From positions 743 through 64,742 of the forward strand of contig JBBQZN010000008.1 in NCBI GenBank assembly GCA_038207725.1: a stretch of DNA of 64,000 bases, in the 5' to 3' direction. The DNA comes from Bacteroidales bacterium. GTDB taxonomy: Bacteria; Bacteroidota; Bacteroidia; Bacteroidales; VadinHA17. This document shows positions 29,992 through 40,672 of this stretch, piece by piece. The notes beneath the pieces were generated by a model, which was not told the DNA's origin, ran no database searches, and saw nothing but the letters and a program-made list of their open reading frames with translations. Every line of letters starts with the position of its first letter. Position 1 is the first letter of the stretch. The position numbers and the translations under genes are program-made.

Positions 29992-31482
29992 ATGACTACC
30001 AACCGTCGTAATTTTTTAAAAACAGCAACATTTGCCGGCGCAGGCGCCATGGCAGGTGGATTGATACAGGGTTGTGCACCTAAACAACCTGAATCAAATC
30101 TGGCAGGAATTCTCGAAGCAGTTAAGAAAATTCACATCCAGAAGTTTAATATGTCAGGATATGCCGCGCCTGCACTTCCTGTTGTAAGGGTAGGAGTTAT
30201 CGGCCTTGGAGACAGGGGAAGCGGTGCCGTTGAGCGACTTTCGTTTATTGAAGGAGTTGAGATTAAAGCGCTGGCCGATCTGCGTCAGGTAGCCGTTGCA
30301 GCGTCACAGAAATATCTTGCCAGCATAGGAAGACCTGCTGCTCAGGGGTTTTCAGGGGATGATAATGTCTGGAAAAAACTCGTTGAACTTCCTGATCTAG
30401 ACCTTATTTATATCTGTACTCCATGGGTGTGGCACACTCCTATGGCAGTTTTCGCCATGGAGAATGGAAAACATGTTGCCTGTGAAGTTCCAATTGCCAG
30501 AACTGTTGAAGAGGCGTGGCAGCTTGTTGAGACTTCAGAAAGGACAAAGAAACATTGCCAGATGCTCGAGAACTGCTGCTATGACTTCTTTGAACTTCTC
30601 ACTCTCAATATGGCCCGCAATGGATTATTTGGTGATATAATTCATGGAGAAGGTGCTTATAATCATAATCTTATGGGTTATAATTTTAAGAAACCACTCG
30701 ACGAAAGACAGACTGACGGAGCCTATACCGGTATGTGGCGACTGAAAGAAAATGCAACTCGTAACGGAAACCTTTATCCTACTCACGGATTAGGTCCGAT
30801 ATGCCAGACAATGAATATTAACCGGGGTGATAAGCTGGACTATCTTTCATCAATGTCGACAAACGATTTTACAATGGGTCCGAGAGAAAAAGAACTTGCT
30901 GAAAAAGATCCTTTCTTCGATGAATGGAAGAATTCTAAGTTCAGGGGTAATATGAATACCACTTTGATCAGAACTGCTCTTGGAAAGACAATTATGGTAC
31001 AGCATGATGTCTCGTCAGAGCAGCCCTATTCCAGAATTCATCTTGTTAAAGGAACACAGGGGATGGCAGTAAAATATCCCAAACAAATGATCGCACTCGG
31101 CGAAAGCTGGTCAAATGATGAGGAGCTGAAAGCAATCTGGGAAAAATATACTCCTGAAATTGTAAAAAGGGTGGGAGAGATGGCTAAGAAAGTTGGCGGA
31201 CATGGTGGCATGGACTTTATCATGGACTGGAGAATGATTGATTGTTTGAGAAACGGGCTGCCTCTCGATCAGGATGTTTACGATGGCGCTGCCTGGAGTG
31301 CAGTTGCACCCCTGAGCGAATGGTCTGTTGCAAACCGATCACAATCAATAGATGTGCCTGATTTTACAGGAGGATCATGGAAGACAAACAAGCCTCACGG
31401 AATAAACCTTGAAACAGGTGGTCTGACAAAGGTACTTGAGGTTGTTGAATCGAAAGAGGATTTGCAGTTGAAGGTTAAGTAG
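29992..31482 (+). CDS. GH109 / Gfo-Idh-MocA NAD-dependent glycosidase (alpha-N-acetylgalactosaminidase-like), Tat lipoprotein
   Basis: NRRNFLK Tat motif, GVIGLGDRG, ICTPWVWH, ACEVP, LENCCYD, YPTHGLGP, GGHGGMD. Confidence 0.92.
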   Translation: MTTNRRNFLKTATFAGAGAMAGGLIQGCAPKQPESNLAGILEAVKKIHIQKFNMSGYAAPALPVVRVGVIGLGDRGSGAVERLSFIEGVEIKALADLRQVAVAASQKYLASIGRPAAQGFSGDDNVWKKLVELPDLDLIYICTPWVWHTPMAVFAMENGKHVACEVPIARTVEEAWQLVETSERTKKHCQMLENCCYDFFELLTLNMARNGLFGDIIHGEGAYNHNLMGYNFKKPLDERQTDGAYTGMWRLKENATRNGNLYPTHGLGPICQTMNINRGDKLDYLSSMSTNDFTMGPREKELAEKDPFFDEWKNSKFRGNMNTTLIRTALGKTIMVQHDVSSEQPYSRIHLVKGTQGMAVKYPKQMIALGESWSNDEELKAIWEKYTPEIVKRVGEMAKKVGGHGGMDFIMDWRMIDCLRNGLPLDQDVYDGAAWSAVAPLSEWSVANRSQSIDVPDFTGGSWKTNKPHGINLETGGLTKVLEVVESKEDLQLKVK

Positions 31483-31496
31483 GTACTGGGTGCTGG

Positions 31497-31952
31497 TTAC
31501 TTATATTTAATCTGCATGCCATGAAGAAAATTTCGCAGGATCTGATTTTCACAAGTGCGATACTGGGAGTGATCGGGTCTTCGGAAGAAGGCGCTTAACT
31601 CGTGTTTGCTTATTCGCAATTCAGCCAGATTAAGGATCTCAAGTATATCTTCATCTTTCAGATTAAGGGCAATTTTTAGTTTCCTGAAAATAATATTGTT
31701 GTTCAGCCGCTTCTCCGGAACCGGCTGAACTCCTTCTTTTTTGCCTCGTTTCTCAATTATGAATCCATTCAGAAATATTGCAAGCTGATTGTCATTAAGC
31801 TTAAGACAGGAAGGGTCCTCATCTTTCTTTAACCAGTCGCTTACCTGTGCCCTGCTTACCTGTAATCCGCCATTCCCGAATAATTCAATCATTTTTGAAT
31901 CATTAAAATCGAATGTGAAGCGGATGCGGCGGATTATGTCATTATTTGTCAT
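31497..31952 (-). CDS. yehS: DUF1456 (YehS) family protein
   Basis: MTNNDIIRRIR, FLNGFI..KRG, LNNNIIFRKLKIAL, ELSAFFR; TACCTTTG element near 32001 supports start 31952. Confidence 0.88.
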   Translation of the reverse strand: MTNNDIIRRIRFTFDFNDSKMIELFGNGGLQVSRAQVSDWLKKDEDPSCLKLNDNQLAIFLNGFIIEKRGKKEGVQPVPEKRLNNNIIFRKLKIALNLKDEDILEILNLAELRISKHELSAFFRRPDHSQYRTCENQILRNFLHGMQIKYK

Positions 31953-32117
31953 CAGTTTGTCTGATTTTATACTTATATTGAATTCAATATCCTGATCCTG
32001 CAAAGGTAATTCTTTTTTATCTGCTTGTTAGGAATTTTACCTTACTCAAACCCTGTGATTATGGTTTTTTTCCTTACTTTGCAGGCTACTTCGAATAGTG
32101 GATGAACTAATTAAAGA

Positions 32118-34142
32118 ATGATGTTTTATGAGGGTAGCGAATTAATTGGTTTTCTTTTCAAAATCTTCGCAATAGTCTTGTTTTCAGGAATAATATCAAT
32201 TCCTTTTCTTCCAATAAAAATAAAACCTGTTGCCGCTGTCATAACGGTTGTTCTGCTAGGATCTATTACAGGTATTTTAGCGGTAAAATCATTAACAACC
32301 GGTGGTGTAGAATACCTGCTTGCCGGTGGTTCTTTCTTTGGAGTGATCCCTTTTAGAATTGATGCTCTCTCTGCATGGTTCATAATAATTATAAACATAA
32401 CATCAGTGACAGGTGTTCTTTTTGGTGCAGGTTATCTCAAATCATCTGTTGCTGATTCACAGCTAATTACGTTTCACTGGATGCTCTATATCCTGTTTCA
32501 GGCATCAATGCTGGCGGTTTGTATGGTACAGCACAGCATTGCATTTATCGTTGCCTGGGAATTGATGTCATTATCATCGTTCATGCTTGTACTCTTCGAT
32601 TATACCAATCCTAAAGTACTTAAAGCAGGAGTCAACTACCTGGTTCAGATGCACCTTAGTGTTATTTTATTAACAGTAGCTTTCATCTGGGTCTATTTTA
32701 AAACAGGAACGTTCGATTTTAAAGGAATCGGTTTATTCTTCGGATCAAACATAAACATGTGGCTTTTCCTGATATTCTTTGCCGGTTTTGGTCTGAAAGC
32801 CGGATTTATTGGCCTGCATACCTGGCTTCCGCTTGCTCATCCTGCCGCACCATCGCATATTTCAGGTGTTATGTCGGGGGTGATAGTTAAAATGGGTATT
32901 TATGGTATTTTCAGAGTTATTACTTTTCTGAAAGCTGATTACCTTATTCTTGGTGAGATAATAATCACCTTATCATTGCTGACCGGACTTTTTGGCATTA
33001 TGAATGCCGCTGTTCATCGCGATTTCAAGAAGATGCTGGCATATTGTACTATTGAAAATATTGGCATAATAGGCATAGGTACCGGTCTTGGTCTTATCGG
33101 AATTGCCCGGAACAATGACCTGCTTACATTCTTCGGATTCGGCGGGGCACTTCTGCATGTTCTGAATCATTCAATGTTTAAATCATTACTCTTCTTCTCT
33201 GCTGGCTCGGTATATAATCAGACTCACACCCGTGATATGGATAAACTCGGGGGACTGATAAAGAATATGCCAAAGACAGCTGCTCTCTTTCTTATAGGTG
33301 CTATTGCAATAGGAGGAATTCCTCCGCTAAACGGTTTTATTTCTGAATTCATGATCTATTGTGGAATACTTTCAGGAATTGCTTCTGCAGGCATTTCACA
33401 GATAACTTTGATGATAATATCATTCGCCGGATTGAGTATTATCGGGGGTATTTCGGTTCTGACTTTTACTAAAACATTCGGAACAATATTCCTGGGATCA
33501 CCAAGGCAAACACTAAAACCTGAACCGGAGGAGGTCTCTTTTTTAATGCTTTTGCCTCAATATATTATTGTTGTGTTGATGGTATTAATTGCATTTATGC
33601 CCGGATTTTTTATAAATATTCTGGGTACCATATTAGCTGGCTCCATTTCAAATAATATGGCATTTGACCCTGAGAAACTCGGGTCGTATACAAATGTTAT
33701 GAAAAGCATCAGCATCGCATCATTTATGTTTATTCTGATAACTCTTATAATGTTTCTGATACGAAAAGCAGTTATCAGACGATCTGAGGAGCGAATTGAA
33801 TCAACATGGGGATGTGCATATTCCTCACCTGACCCGGGTATGCAGTATACCGGCAAATCTTTTTCAAAATCGTTCGGGAAACTTCTTAATTTTATGATTA
33901 TTGAGAAAAAAGGTTATCGCGAAATTGAAAGGAGTGAAACTTTTCCTGAACCCCGAAAATACCGGTCTTTTTATCTTGACTTTTTTGAAAACAAAATTAT
34001 TGATCCCGTTATCCTTCTTATTACCCGTTTTATTAACCTCTTTCAGTTTATTCAGAATGGCAAAATTCAGGCATATGTGATTTACGGGATTGTGTTTATT
34101 CTTGCAATATTTCTTGGCACTGTTTTAAATCTATGGCATTGA
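32118..34142 (+). CDS. HyfB/NuoL-like antiporter subunit of Ehr complex, copy 1
   Basis: WELMS, GFGLKAG..HTWLPLAHPAAPSHISG.MSG, ENIG, NHSMFKSLLF, PPLNGFISE, WGCAY. Confidence 0.9.
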   Translation: MMFYEGSELIGFLFKIFAIVLFSGIISIPFLPIKIKPVAAVITVVLLGSITGILAVKSLTTGGVEYLLAGGSFFGVIPFRIDALSAWFIIIINITSVTGVLFGAGYLKSSVADSQLITFHWMLYILFQASMLAVCMVQHSIAFIVAWELMSLSSFMLVLFDYTNPKVLKAGVNYLVQMHLSVILLTVAFIWVYFKTGTFDFKGIGLFFGSNINMWLFLIFFAGFGLKAGFIGLHTWLPLAHPAAPSHISGVMSGVIVKMGIYGIFRVITFLKADYLILGEIIITLSLLTGLFGIMNAAVHRDFKKMLAYCTIENIGIIGIGTGLGLIGIARNNDLLTFFGFGGALLHVLNHSMFKSLLFFSAGSVYNQTHTRDMDKLGGLIKNMPKTAALFLIGAIAIGGIPPLNGFISEFMIYCGILSGIASAGISQITLMIISFAGLSIIGGISVLTFTKTFGTIFLGSPRQTLKPEPEEVSFLMLLPQYIIVVLMVLIAFMPGFFINILGTILAGSISNNMAFDPEKLGSYTNVMKSISIASFMFILITLIMFLIRKAVIRRSEERIESTWGCAYSSPDPGMQYTGKSFSKSFGKLLNFMIIEKKGYREIERSETFPEPRKYRSFYLDFFENKIIDPVILLITRFINLFQFIQNGKIQAYVIYGIVFILAIFLGTVLNLWH

Positions 34143-36160
34143 TTAATATATTACTAATCATAGTATTAGCCGCCGTCATTGGTATTCTCTTTTTCGGGAC
34201 AAAGAGTAAGGCGATTATCGCTGTGTCGGCGGTTTTTGTGATTGCAGCTGTCAGCAGCGTAGTTGCTTTTAAAGCGCTTATAGGTCCTGCCTATGAGATA
34301 ATCTTCTCAGGTACTGCTCTATTTGGCAAGGTGCCTGTTAAGATTGATGCCCTCTCTGCCTGGTTTATTCTGACAATCAATTTCACCTTTATAACAGGTG
34401 CAATTTACGGGTTCAATTATATGCGGGCTTACCGCGACAGAAAGGGCGATATAACCCTTCATTGCATTGCCTATATTATTGCTCATTTTACACTTCTGGG
34501 GATCTGTTCTGTGCAGAATGGCTTTACCTTTCTCTTGCTCTGGGAACTTATGGCAATCTCCGTGTTTATTCTGGTAATATTTGATCATCATAAACCGGAA
34601 ACAATAAAAGCAGGTATCAATTATCTTGTTCAGTCACATATAAGCATTGTATTTTTAATGCTCGGTTTTATCTATGTTGCCTATAAAACAGATAGCTACG
34701 GATTTGATGCAATAGCTGAGTTCTCCGGCAAGCAGTCCACTCTGGCCGGAACTGCTCTTTTCCTGTTCTTTTTCATAGGATTTGCAATAAAAGCCGGATT
34801 CGTACCTTTTCATACATGGCTGCCTTATGCACACCCTGCTGCTCCATCGCATGTCTCCGGAATAATGTCGGGTGTTTTAATCAAGATTGGTATTTATGGT
34901 ATACTAAGAATGCTGTTGCTGATTAAAACCGATTATACAACAATAGGTTATTTTATACTGGCCATCTCTCTTGTTACCGGTGTATACGGGGTGATGCTGG
35001 CAACAATTCAGCATGATCTGAAGAAACTGCTTGCCTATCACAGCATAGAAAACATTGGCATTATAGGAATCGGTATAGGCATAGGATGCATCGGACTCGG
35101 TTCAACAAATAAATGGATGGCGATTCTCGGCTTCTCAGGTGCACTTCTTCACACACTGAACCATTCATTATTCAAATCACTCTTATTCTTCAGCGCCGGA
35201 AATGTATTACAAGCCGCTCATACAGTTAATATAGAGAAACTCGGTGGTATTATCAGGAAGATGCCGCGAACAGCTCTCTTGTTTCTGATTGCAGCTATTG
35301 CAATATGCGGATTGCCACCACTTAACGGCTTTGTATCTGAATTTCTGATCTTCGGAGGATTGTACAACTGGCTTTACAGTGCTGACCTCCTCTCTCTTCT
35401 GGCTATTGTTTTCTCAATAGGAGGACTTGTGCTTATCGGCGGACTTGCAGTACTGTGTTTTACCAAAGCTTTCAGCATTGTTTTTTTGGGAACTCAAAGA
35501 AATGAAAGCATCCCGGAAATCAACGAGAAAGGCTTCTGGCAATTGTTTCCAATGTTTATTATTGCCTCCTTTATGCTGATGATTGGATTATTCCCGTCGT
35601 TTTTTATTAATGTTCTGCAGCGTCCTGTGAACCTCTTTACTCACCATATTCTGTTTAATATGGATCTCATAAAAGTTGGTGCAATCGACTCACTTAGAAT
35701 AATTAACTGGATGTTCTTCGCATTTATAGGTTTTATACTTCTTCTTTTATTGCTGCGTAAATATATTTCAGGAAGAAGAATTGTTGAAACCGGTCCAACA
35801 TGGGCTTGTGCTTACAATGCACCGGGAGCTAAATTTCAATACACAGCAAGCTCTTTTGTTAAAAGTTATGCGAAGCTGGCAAAACCAATTCTTGATATTG
35901 AAAAGAAGGAGCTTGAGATTTCAGAGGTTTTCCCCCCTGAAAAACATTATAAAACAGACTCATATGATAAGATTGAACGCTACTTCATGGATAAACCTCT
36001 AAGTCTCCTCAATAGAATAATTGACCTCTTTCTTTTTCTTCAGAACGGGCACTTGCAGAGGTATATACTGTATGGAATAATATTTATAACTGCGGTTATT
36101 ACATTGCCGCTCATATTTGATAAACTAATAACTCTGCTTCATTTTTTAAATAATTTATAA
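34133..36160 (+). CDS. HyfB/NuoL-like antiporter subunit of Ehr complex, copy 2
   Basis: Full-length paralog: WELMA, KAGFVPFHTWLPYAHPAAP, LAYHSIENIG, NHSLFKSLLF, WACAY. Confidence 0.9.
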   Translation: MALINILLIIVLAAVIGILFFGTKSKAIIAVSAVFVIAAVSSVVAFKALIGPAYEIIFSGTALFGKVPVKIDALSAWFILTINFTFITGAIYGFNYMRAYRDRKGDITLHCIAYIIAHFTLLGICSVQNGFTFLLLWELMAISVFILVIFDHHKPETIKAGINYLVQSHISIVFLMLGFIYVAYKTDSYGFDAIAEFSGKQSTLAGTALFLFFFIGFAIKAGFVPFHTWLPYAHPAAPSHVSGIMSGVLIKIGIYGILRMLLLIKTDYTTIGYFILAISLVTGVYGVMLATIQHDLKKLLAYHSIENIGIIGIGIGIGCIGLGSTNKWMAILGFSGALLHTLNHSLFKSLLFFSAGNVLQAAHTVNIEKLGGIIRKMPRTALLFLIAAIAICGLPPLNGFVSEFLIFGGLYNWLYSADLLSLLAIVFSIGGLVLIGGLAVLCFTKAFSIVFLGTQRNESIPEINEKGFWQLFPMFIIASFMLMIGLFPSFFINVLQRPVNLFTHHILFNMDLIKVGAIDSLRIINWMFFAFIGFILLLLLLRKYISGRRIVETGPTWACAYNAPGAKFQYTASSFVKSYAKLAKPILDIEKKELEISEVFPPEKHYKTDSYDKIERYFMDKPLSLLNRIIDLFLFLQNGHLQRYILYGIIFITAVITLPLIFDKLITLLHFLNNL

Positions 36161-36161
36161 T

Positions 36162-37067
36162 ATGACAGGTTTAATATTAATTCTATTCGTCAGCATCTTT
36201 TTTACCGGAATAATCATTCGGACCAAAAGCATTGCTTCCGGCAGAAAAGGTCCGGGAATATTGCAGCCTGTTAAGGACGTAATAAGACTATTCAGAAAAG
36301 GTGCAGTATATAGTAGTACAACAAGTATTATTTTCCGGATAGCCCCGGTAATCTATTTTTCTTCTGTCCTCATGGCATGTATGGTGATACCATTTGGCCC
36401 ATATAAGGGAATTGTGAGTTTTGACGGCGACTTTATCTTCTTCGCATATCTTCTTGCATTGGGCAAATTTTTTACAATTATTGCAGCCATGGATACTGGC
36501 AGCAGTTTCGAAGGTATGGGAGCAAGCCGTGAAGCATTATATTCTATGTTCGCCGAACCTGCATTTTTTATGCTTATAGGTTCGTTTGCATTACTGACCG
36601 GACATACATCCTTCTATGATATCTTCTCAACACTTCATCTTGGTTCCTCAATTACATATATGCTCGGAGGTTTGGCGGCCTTTGTTTTATTGATGATAGC
36701 GATGATAGAAAACAGCAGGATGCCTGTGGATGATCCCAAAACTCATCTCGAACTGACAATGATACATGAGGTTATGATACTCGATAACAGTGGATTTGAT
36801 CTTGGTTTAATACTCACAACAGGCTATCTGAAGTTTGCGATGTATGGAGCAATAATAGCAGGCTTTTTTACCGGTGGCTTAGGAGCAGCCATCGCTCTGC
36901 CTGTTTATCTGTTCGTTCAATTTGCTTTTGCAGTGGCGATAGGGCTTATTGAATCTTTTATGGCACGTTTCAGAATGAGTCATAACCCCCAGTTTATACT
37001 GGCGCTTTCATCAGTTAGCTTTCTGATTTTTTTAGGAGTACTGCTGGTTCTTGAAAAATTTGTTTAA
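36162..37067 (+). CDS. HyfC/HycD/NuoH-like membrane subunit
   Basis: GRKGPGILQP..D, MDTGSSFEGMGASRE, ENSRMPVDDP.THLELTMIHE. Confidence 0.92.
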   Translation: MTGLILILFVSIFFTGIIIRTKSIASGRKGPGILQPVKDVIRLFRKGAVYSSTTSIIFRIAPVIYFSSVLMACMVIPFGPYKGIVSFDGDFIFFAYLLALGKFFTIIAAMDTGSSFEGMGASREALYSMFAEPAFFMLIGSFALLTGHTSFYDIFSTLHLGSSITYMLGGLAAFVLLMIAMIENSRMPVDDPKTHLELTMIHEVMILDNSGFDLGLILTTGYLKFAMYGAIIAGFFTGGLGAAIALPVYLFVQFAFAVAIGLIESFMARFRMSHNPQFILALSSVSFLIFLGVLLVLEKFV

Positions 37068-37078
37068 TAAAATAATAA

Positions 37079-37711
37079 ATGACAAACGTTTTATTGATTC
37101 TGTTTATTATCAGCCTTCTGTACGTCTCAATAGCCAACAGGATAATCACTTATGTCAGAGTACTTGCCCTTCAGGGTTTTATTCTGTTCGGAGTGACTTT
37201 TCTTCAGCTTCAGGACATACAGACATGGAACCTTGTACTTATCCTGCTTGAGACAATAGTTTTTAAGGCAATCGCAGTACCGGTGTTTCTTGGATACCTC
37301 ATCAAAAGGAACAAGATAACCCGCGAAACTGAACCCTATCTTCCGCATTTCATATCGTTGATAATTATTACAATGATTGTTGTCGTTACTGTATTACTAG
37401 CAAATTCTATACAGGACTCACATCTTGATAAAATTTTCTTTATCGTCTCATTATCAACACTATTTACCGGTCTGTATTTTATTGCTTCAAGAAAAAAAAT
37501 AATCACTCACGTAATGGGCTACCTGATGATTGAAAATGGTGTATTTGTGCTATCGCTTGCTGTAGGGAATGAGATGCCGAATCTTGTTAACCTTGGAATA
37601 ATGCTCGATGTATTCGCCAGCGTACTTATTCTGGGGATCTTCCTTAATAAAATCGGGGATGTTTTCAAGGATGTTGATGTTGACCAGCTAAGCAATTTGA
37701 AAGACTATTAA
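37079..37711 (+). CDS. HyfE-like membrane subunit
   Basis: Multi-TM, ALQG, KAIAVP, GYLMIENG, C-terminal LSNLKD. Confidence 0.88.
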   Translation: MTNVLLILFIISLLYVSIANRIITYVRVLALQGFILFGVTFLQLQDIQTWNLVLILLETIVFKAIAVPVFLGYLIKRNKITRETEPYLPHFISLIIITMIVVVTVLLANSIQDSHLDKIFFIVSLSTLFTGLYFIASRKKIITHVMGYLMIENGVFVLSLAVGNEMPNLVNLGIMLDVFASVLILGIFLNKIGDVFKDVDVDQLSNLKDY

Positions 37712-37722
37712 ACTGAGGAAAA

Positions 37723-39150
37723 ATGACAGGGATCTATCTCATCACAGCCTTTGCTATTGCAGGATTACTTATTGCCAACAGGAGCAAAAAGGTGAATTAT
37801 GCACTGGTGATTTTATTCGGATTGCTCCAGACAGCTTTTACAGTTTATGCCTGCTATAATTATAAAACTACTTCGCTCGAATATTTTTCGTTCGATTCAC
37901 TCGGATTGCTGCTTCTGATGACGTTGAGCATAATAACAATTCCGGCACTTTTTCATAGCTATCTGTATTTGAAACGTCATGAGGAAACACCACAATCGAG
38001 GGCTATCTATTTTGCCGCTATGGTATTGCTTATCACATCAATTACTGCGGCATACCTTGCCAATCATATTGCCGTAATCTGGATTTTTACTGAATTGACA
38101 ACACTTGCGGCATCAATGCTTATTTATCATCACAGGAATAAGCTTGCACTTGAAGGAACATGGAAATACGTTTTTATCTGCGCGATAAGTATAACATTTG
38201 TATTTATCGGTATACTGTTTCTTAGCCTTTCGCTGCAGCATGCCGGATCAAACGATCTTTCATTCAGTAATCTTATGGCGTATAAAGATCAGCTTAATCC
38301 TTTCTGGCTCAGACTTGCCTTCCTTTTTATCTTCACCGGATTTACAGCAAAACTTGGATTGGTGCCAATGTACACTGCGGGTATCGACGCAAAGGATAAG
38401 GCACCTGCACCCGCCGGAGCTCTGCTTGCCAGTGTGCTTATGAATCTTGGTTTTGTTGGCATCTTCAGATTCTATGCTGTAGTAGCTCATACCTCTCTTT
38501 TTCACTGGGCAAACCTTATAATCTTCATTGCTGCATTCCTGTCAATTTTTGTGGCAACTGTTTACATGACAAAGGTTATGAATATCAAAAGAATGTTCGC
38601 CTATTCAGGAATTGAGCACATGGGAATTGTTATGCTGGGACTGGCAGCAGGAGGGGTAGGCTATTACGCAGCAATACTCCATATCGTATTGCATGCCTTT
38701 GTTAAGTCAGGCCTTTTCTTTCAGTTCAATCAGCTTTACAGGACTTTTCAAAGCAAGAGTATGCAGCATGTGGGCAATTATTTTAAGTATAATCCTGCCG
38801 GAGCTATGGTTATTCTTCTTGGGTTTATAAGTGCAACTGCCATGCCTCCTTCAGGGCTCTTTGTGAGCGAGTTTCTGATTTTCAGGTCTCTGTTTGAAGG
38901 GAATCATATTATACTTCTTGTACTGGTATTACTGCTTCTTACAATCGTTATCTGGGCTTTCGGAAGAAACATAATGAAGATCCTTTTCCTTCCTGTGCCT
39001 GGCATTGATGAAAGTACAATACCTAAGATTAATCCATGGGAATCAGCTACTCAGTATGTTCTGATGTTTACAGCCATCTGGCTTGGACTCAACCCCCCGG
39101 ACGTATTTGTCGATCTGATAAATGATGCAATAAAAATCTTACCTGCCTGA
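37723..39150 (+). CDS. HyfF/NuoN-like antiporter subunit
   Basis: ELTTLA, ALEGTWKY, GFTAKLGLVP, KRMFAYSGIEHMG, PPSGLFVSEF. Confidence 0.9.
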   Translation: MTGIYLITAFAIAGLLIANRSKKVNYALVILFGLLQTAFTVYACYNYKTTSLEYFSFDSLGLLLLMTLSIITIPALFHSYLYLKRHEETPQSRAIYFAAMVLLITSITAAYLANHIAVIWIFTELTTLAASMLIYHHRNKLALEGTWKYVFICAISITFVFIGILFLSLSLQHAGSNDLSFSNLMAYKDQLNPFWLRLAFLFIFTGFTAKLGLVPMYTAGIDAKDKAPAPAGALLASVLMNLGFVGIFRFYAVVAHTSLFHWANLIIFIAAFLSIFVATVYMTKVMNIKRMFAYSGIEHMGIVMLGLAAGGVGYYAAILHIVLHAFVKSGLFFQFNQLYRTFQSKSMQHVGNYFKYNPAGAMVILLGFISATAMPPSGLFVSEFLIFRSLFEGNHIILLVLVLLLLTIVIWAFGRNIMKILFLPVPGIDESTIPKINPWESATQYVLMFTAIWLGLNPPDVFVDLINDAIKILPA

Positions 39151-39151
39151 G

Positions 39152-40651
39152 ATGAGTTATATTTCAATAAGTAACCAGCAGTCTGTACCTGCAGACACTA
39201 TACCAGAACTCGACTATTCAAGGTTTCTGGAGATGAATATCTCGCTCATTGAGGGTCATCCTGAAAGACACTGTGTGCTCTATTTCGCTTACAACTATAA
39301 GAAGAGCATACGTCTTATATGCTGTATAGCTGATGATTTACAGCATAATATAATGATTTCAGCCTCTGTTGTAAGAAGTGATGCTAATCTCAATTCTTTT
39401 TCTGCACGGAACTTATCATTTGAAAGATTTGAGCGCGAGATCCACGAAAATTTCGGAATCGGATATTCTGACCATCCGTGGCTTAAGCCTGTCCGCTATC
39501 CGGAGAACGCTGCAGATAAATCGTCAGCAATAGCCGCTTATCCATTTTTTGGTATTGCCAGTGAGGAGCTGCACGAAGTAGGAGTGGGACCGGTGCATGC
39601 AGGTATTATAGAACCCGGACACTTCAGGTTTGTCTGCAACGGTGAGCAGATTCTGCACCTCGAAATTCAGTTAGGCTACCAGCACAGAGGTGTTGAACAA
39701 CTTTTTCTCGATAAGAAAAAACTTATTGAGCGCACAACACTGGCTGAATCAATAGCAGGTGACAGTGTAATAGGTCATACAAGCGCTTTTGCATATTTAT
39801 TGGAAAGTATGAGCGGAGCGGGGCAGAATGGAGAGATGTTATTTTCACGTACTCTTGCACAGGAGATAGAGCGCATAGCAATTCATACCGGCGATCTGAG
39901 TGGAATATGTACTGATGTTGCCTACCAGCTTGGCAGCTCAGTGTTTGGAAGGCTGCGCACACCTGTTATAAATTTCTTACAGGAATGGTGCGGAAACCGT
40001 TTGTCAAAAGGACTCATCAGGGCCGGTTATAATCCATATCCATTCAACATAAAGCTTGCTGGAAGGCTTATTGAGGTGCTTGATGCTTTTGAACCTGATT
40101 TTATTGAGATGGTTGACGAGATCTCAAGACTCCCGAGTACTTTATCGCGTTTTGAGAGAACAGGGATGTTGAAATACGACCAGCTACTGGCAATTGGTAC
40201 TGTTGGAATGTCGGCCAGAATGCATACTCTTGAGCGCGACATAAGGCTATCACATCCTTATGGTGTATATCCTGAACTGAATCATATCCCCGTTATCAAA
40301 CACCATGGTGATGTATATTCAAGGGTACAGATCAGGAAGGAAGAAGTTTTGCAATCCATTGGATATATACGTAATATGCTTAAGAACATTCCTGATCAGG
40401 GGAGCAGGCAGAGGACAGACCTGTCTTTTAAACCCGACACATTTTCGGTCTCACTTACCGAAGGCTGGAGAGGAGAGATCTGTCATGCTGCCCTTACTGA
40501 CAATAAAGGGGAGTTGGTAATATATAAGGTTAAGGATCCCTCATTTCATAACTGGCTTGCCCTTGCACTGGCCGTAAGAAATAATGAGATTTCTGACTTT
40601 CCTGTCTGCAATAAAAGTTTTAATTTGTCGTACTGCGGACACGATCTGTAA
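39152..40651 (+). CDS. Ehr large subunit (HyfG/HycE/NuoCD-like) lacking NiFe ligands
   Basis: FEREIHE, GPVHAGIIEPGHFRF, LGYQHRG, EGWRGE, DPSFHNW; L1 site reads ESIAGD, L2 site NLSYCGHDL, no CxxC pairs. Confidence 0.9.
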   Translation: MSYISISNQQSVPADTIPELDYSRFLEMNISLIEGHPERHCVLYFAYNYKKSIRLICCIADDLQHNIMISASVVRSDANLNSFSARNLSFERFEREIHENFGIGYSDHPWLKPVRYPENAADKSSAIAAYPFFGIASEELHEVGVGPVHAGIIEPGHFRFVCNGEQILHLEIQLGYQHRGVEQLFLDKKKLIERTTLAESIAGDSVIGHTSAFAYLLESMSGAGQNGEMLFSRTLAQEIERIAIHTGDLSGICTDVAYQLGSSVFGRLRTPVINFLQEWCGNRLSKGLIRAGYNPYPFNIKLAGRLIEVLDAFEPDFIEMVDEISRLPSTLSRFERTGMLKYDQLLAIGTVGMSARMHTLERDIRLSHPYGVYPELNHIPVIKHHGDVYSRVQIRKEEVLQSIGYIRNMLKNIPDQGSRQRTDLSFKPDTFSVSLTEGWRGEICHAALTDNKGELVIYKVKDPSFHNWLALALAVRNNEISDFPVCNKSFNLSYCGHDL

Positions 40652-40672
40652 TGTACTCTGAACCTGAATTAT

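Noticed and set aside
39152-40651. Calling the operon a true [NiFe] hydrogenase-4 or formate hydrogenlyase
   Set aside because: Both Ni-binding CxxC motifs and the maturation tail are absent; no hyp or fdh genes nearby.
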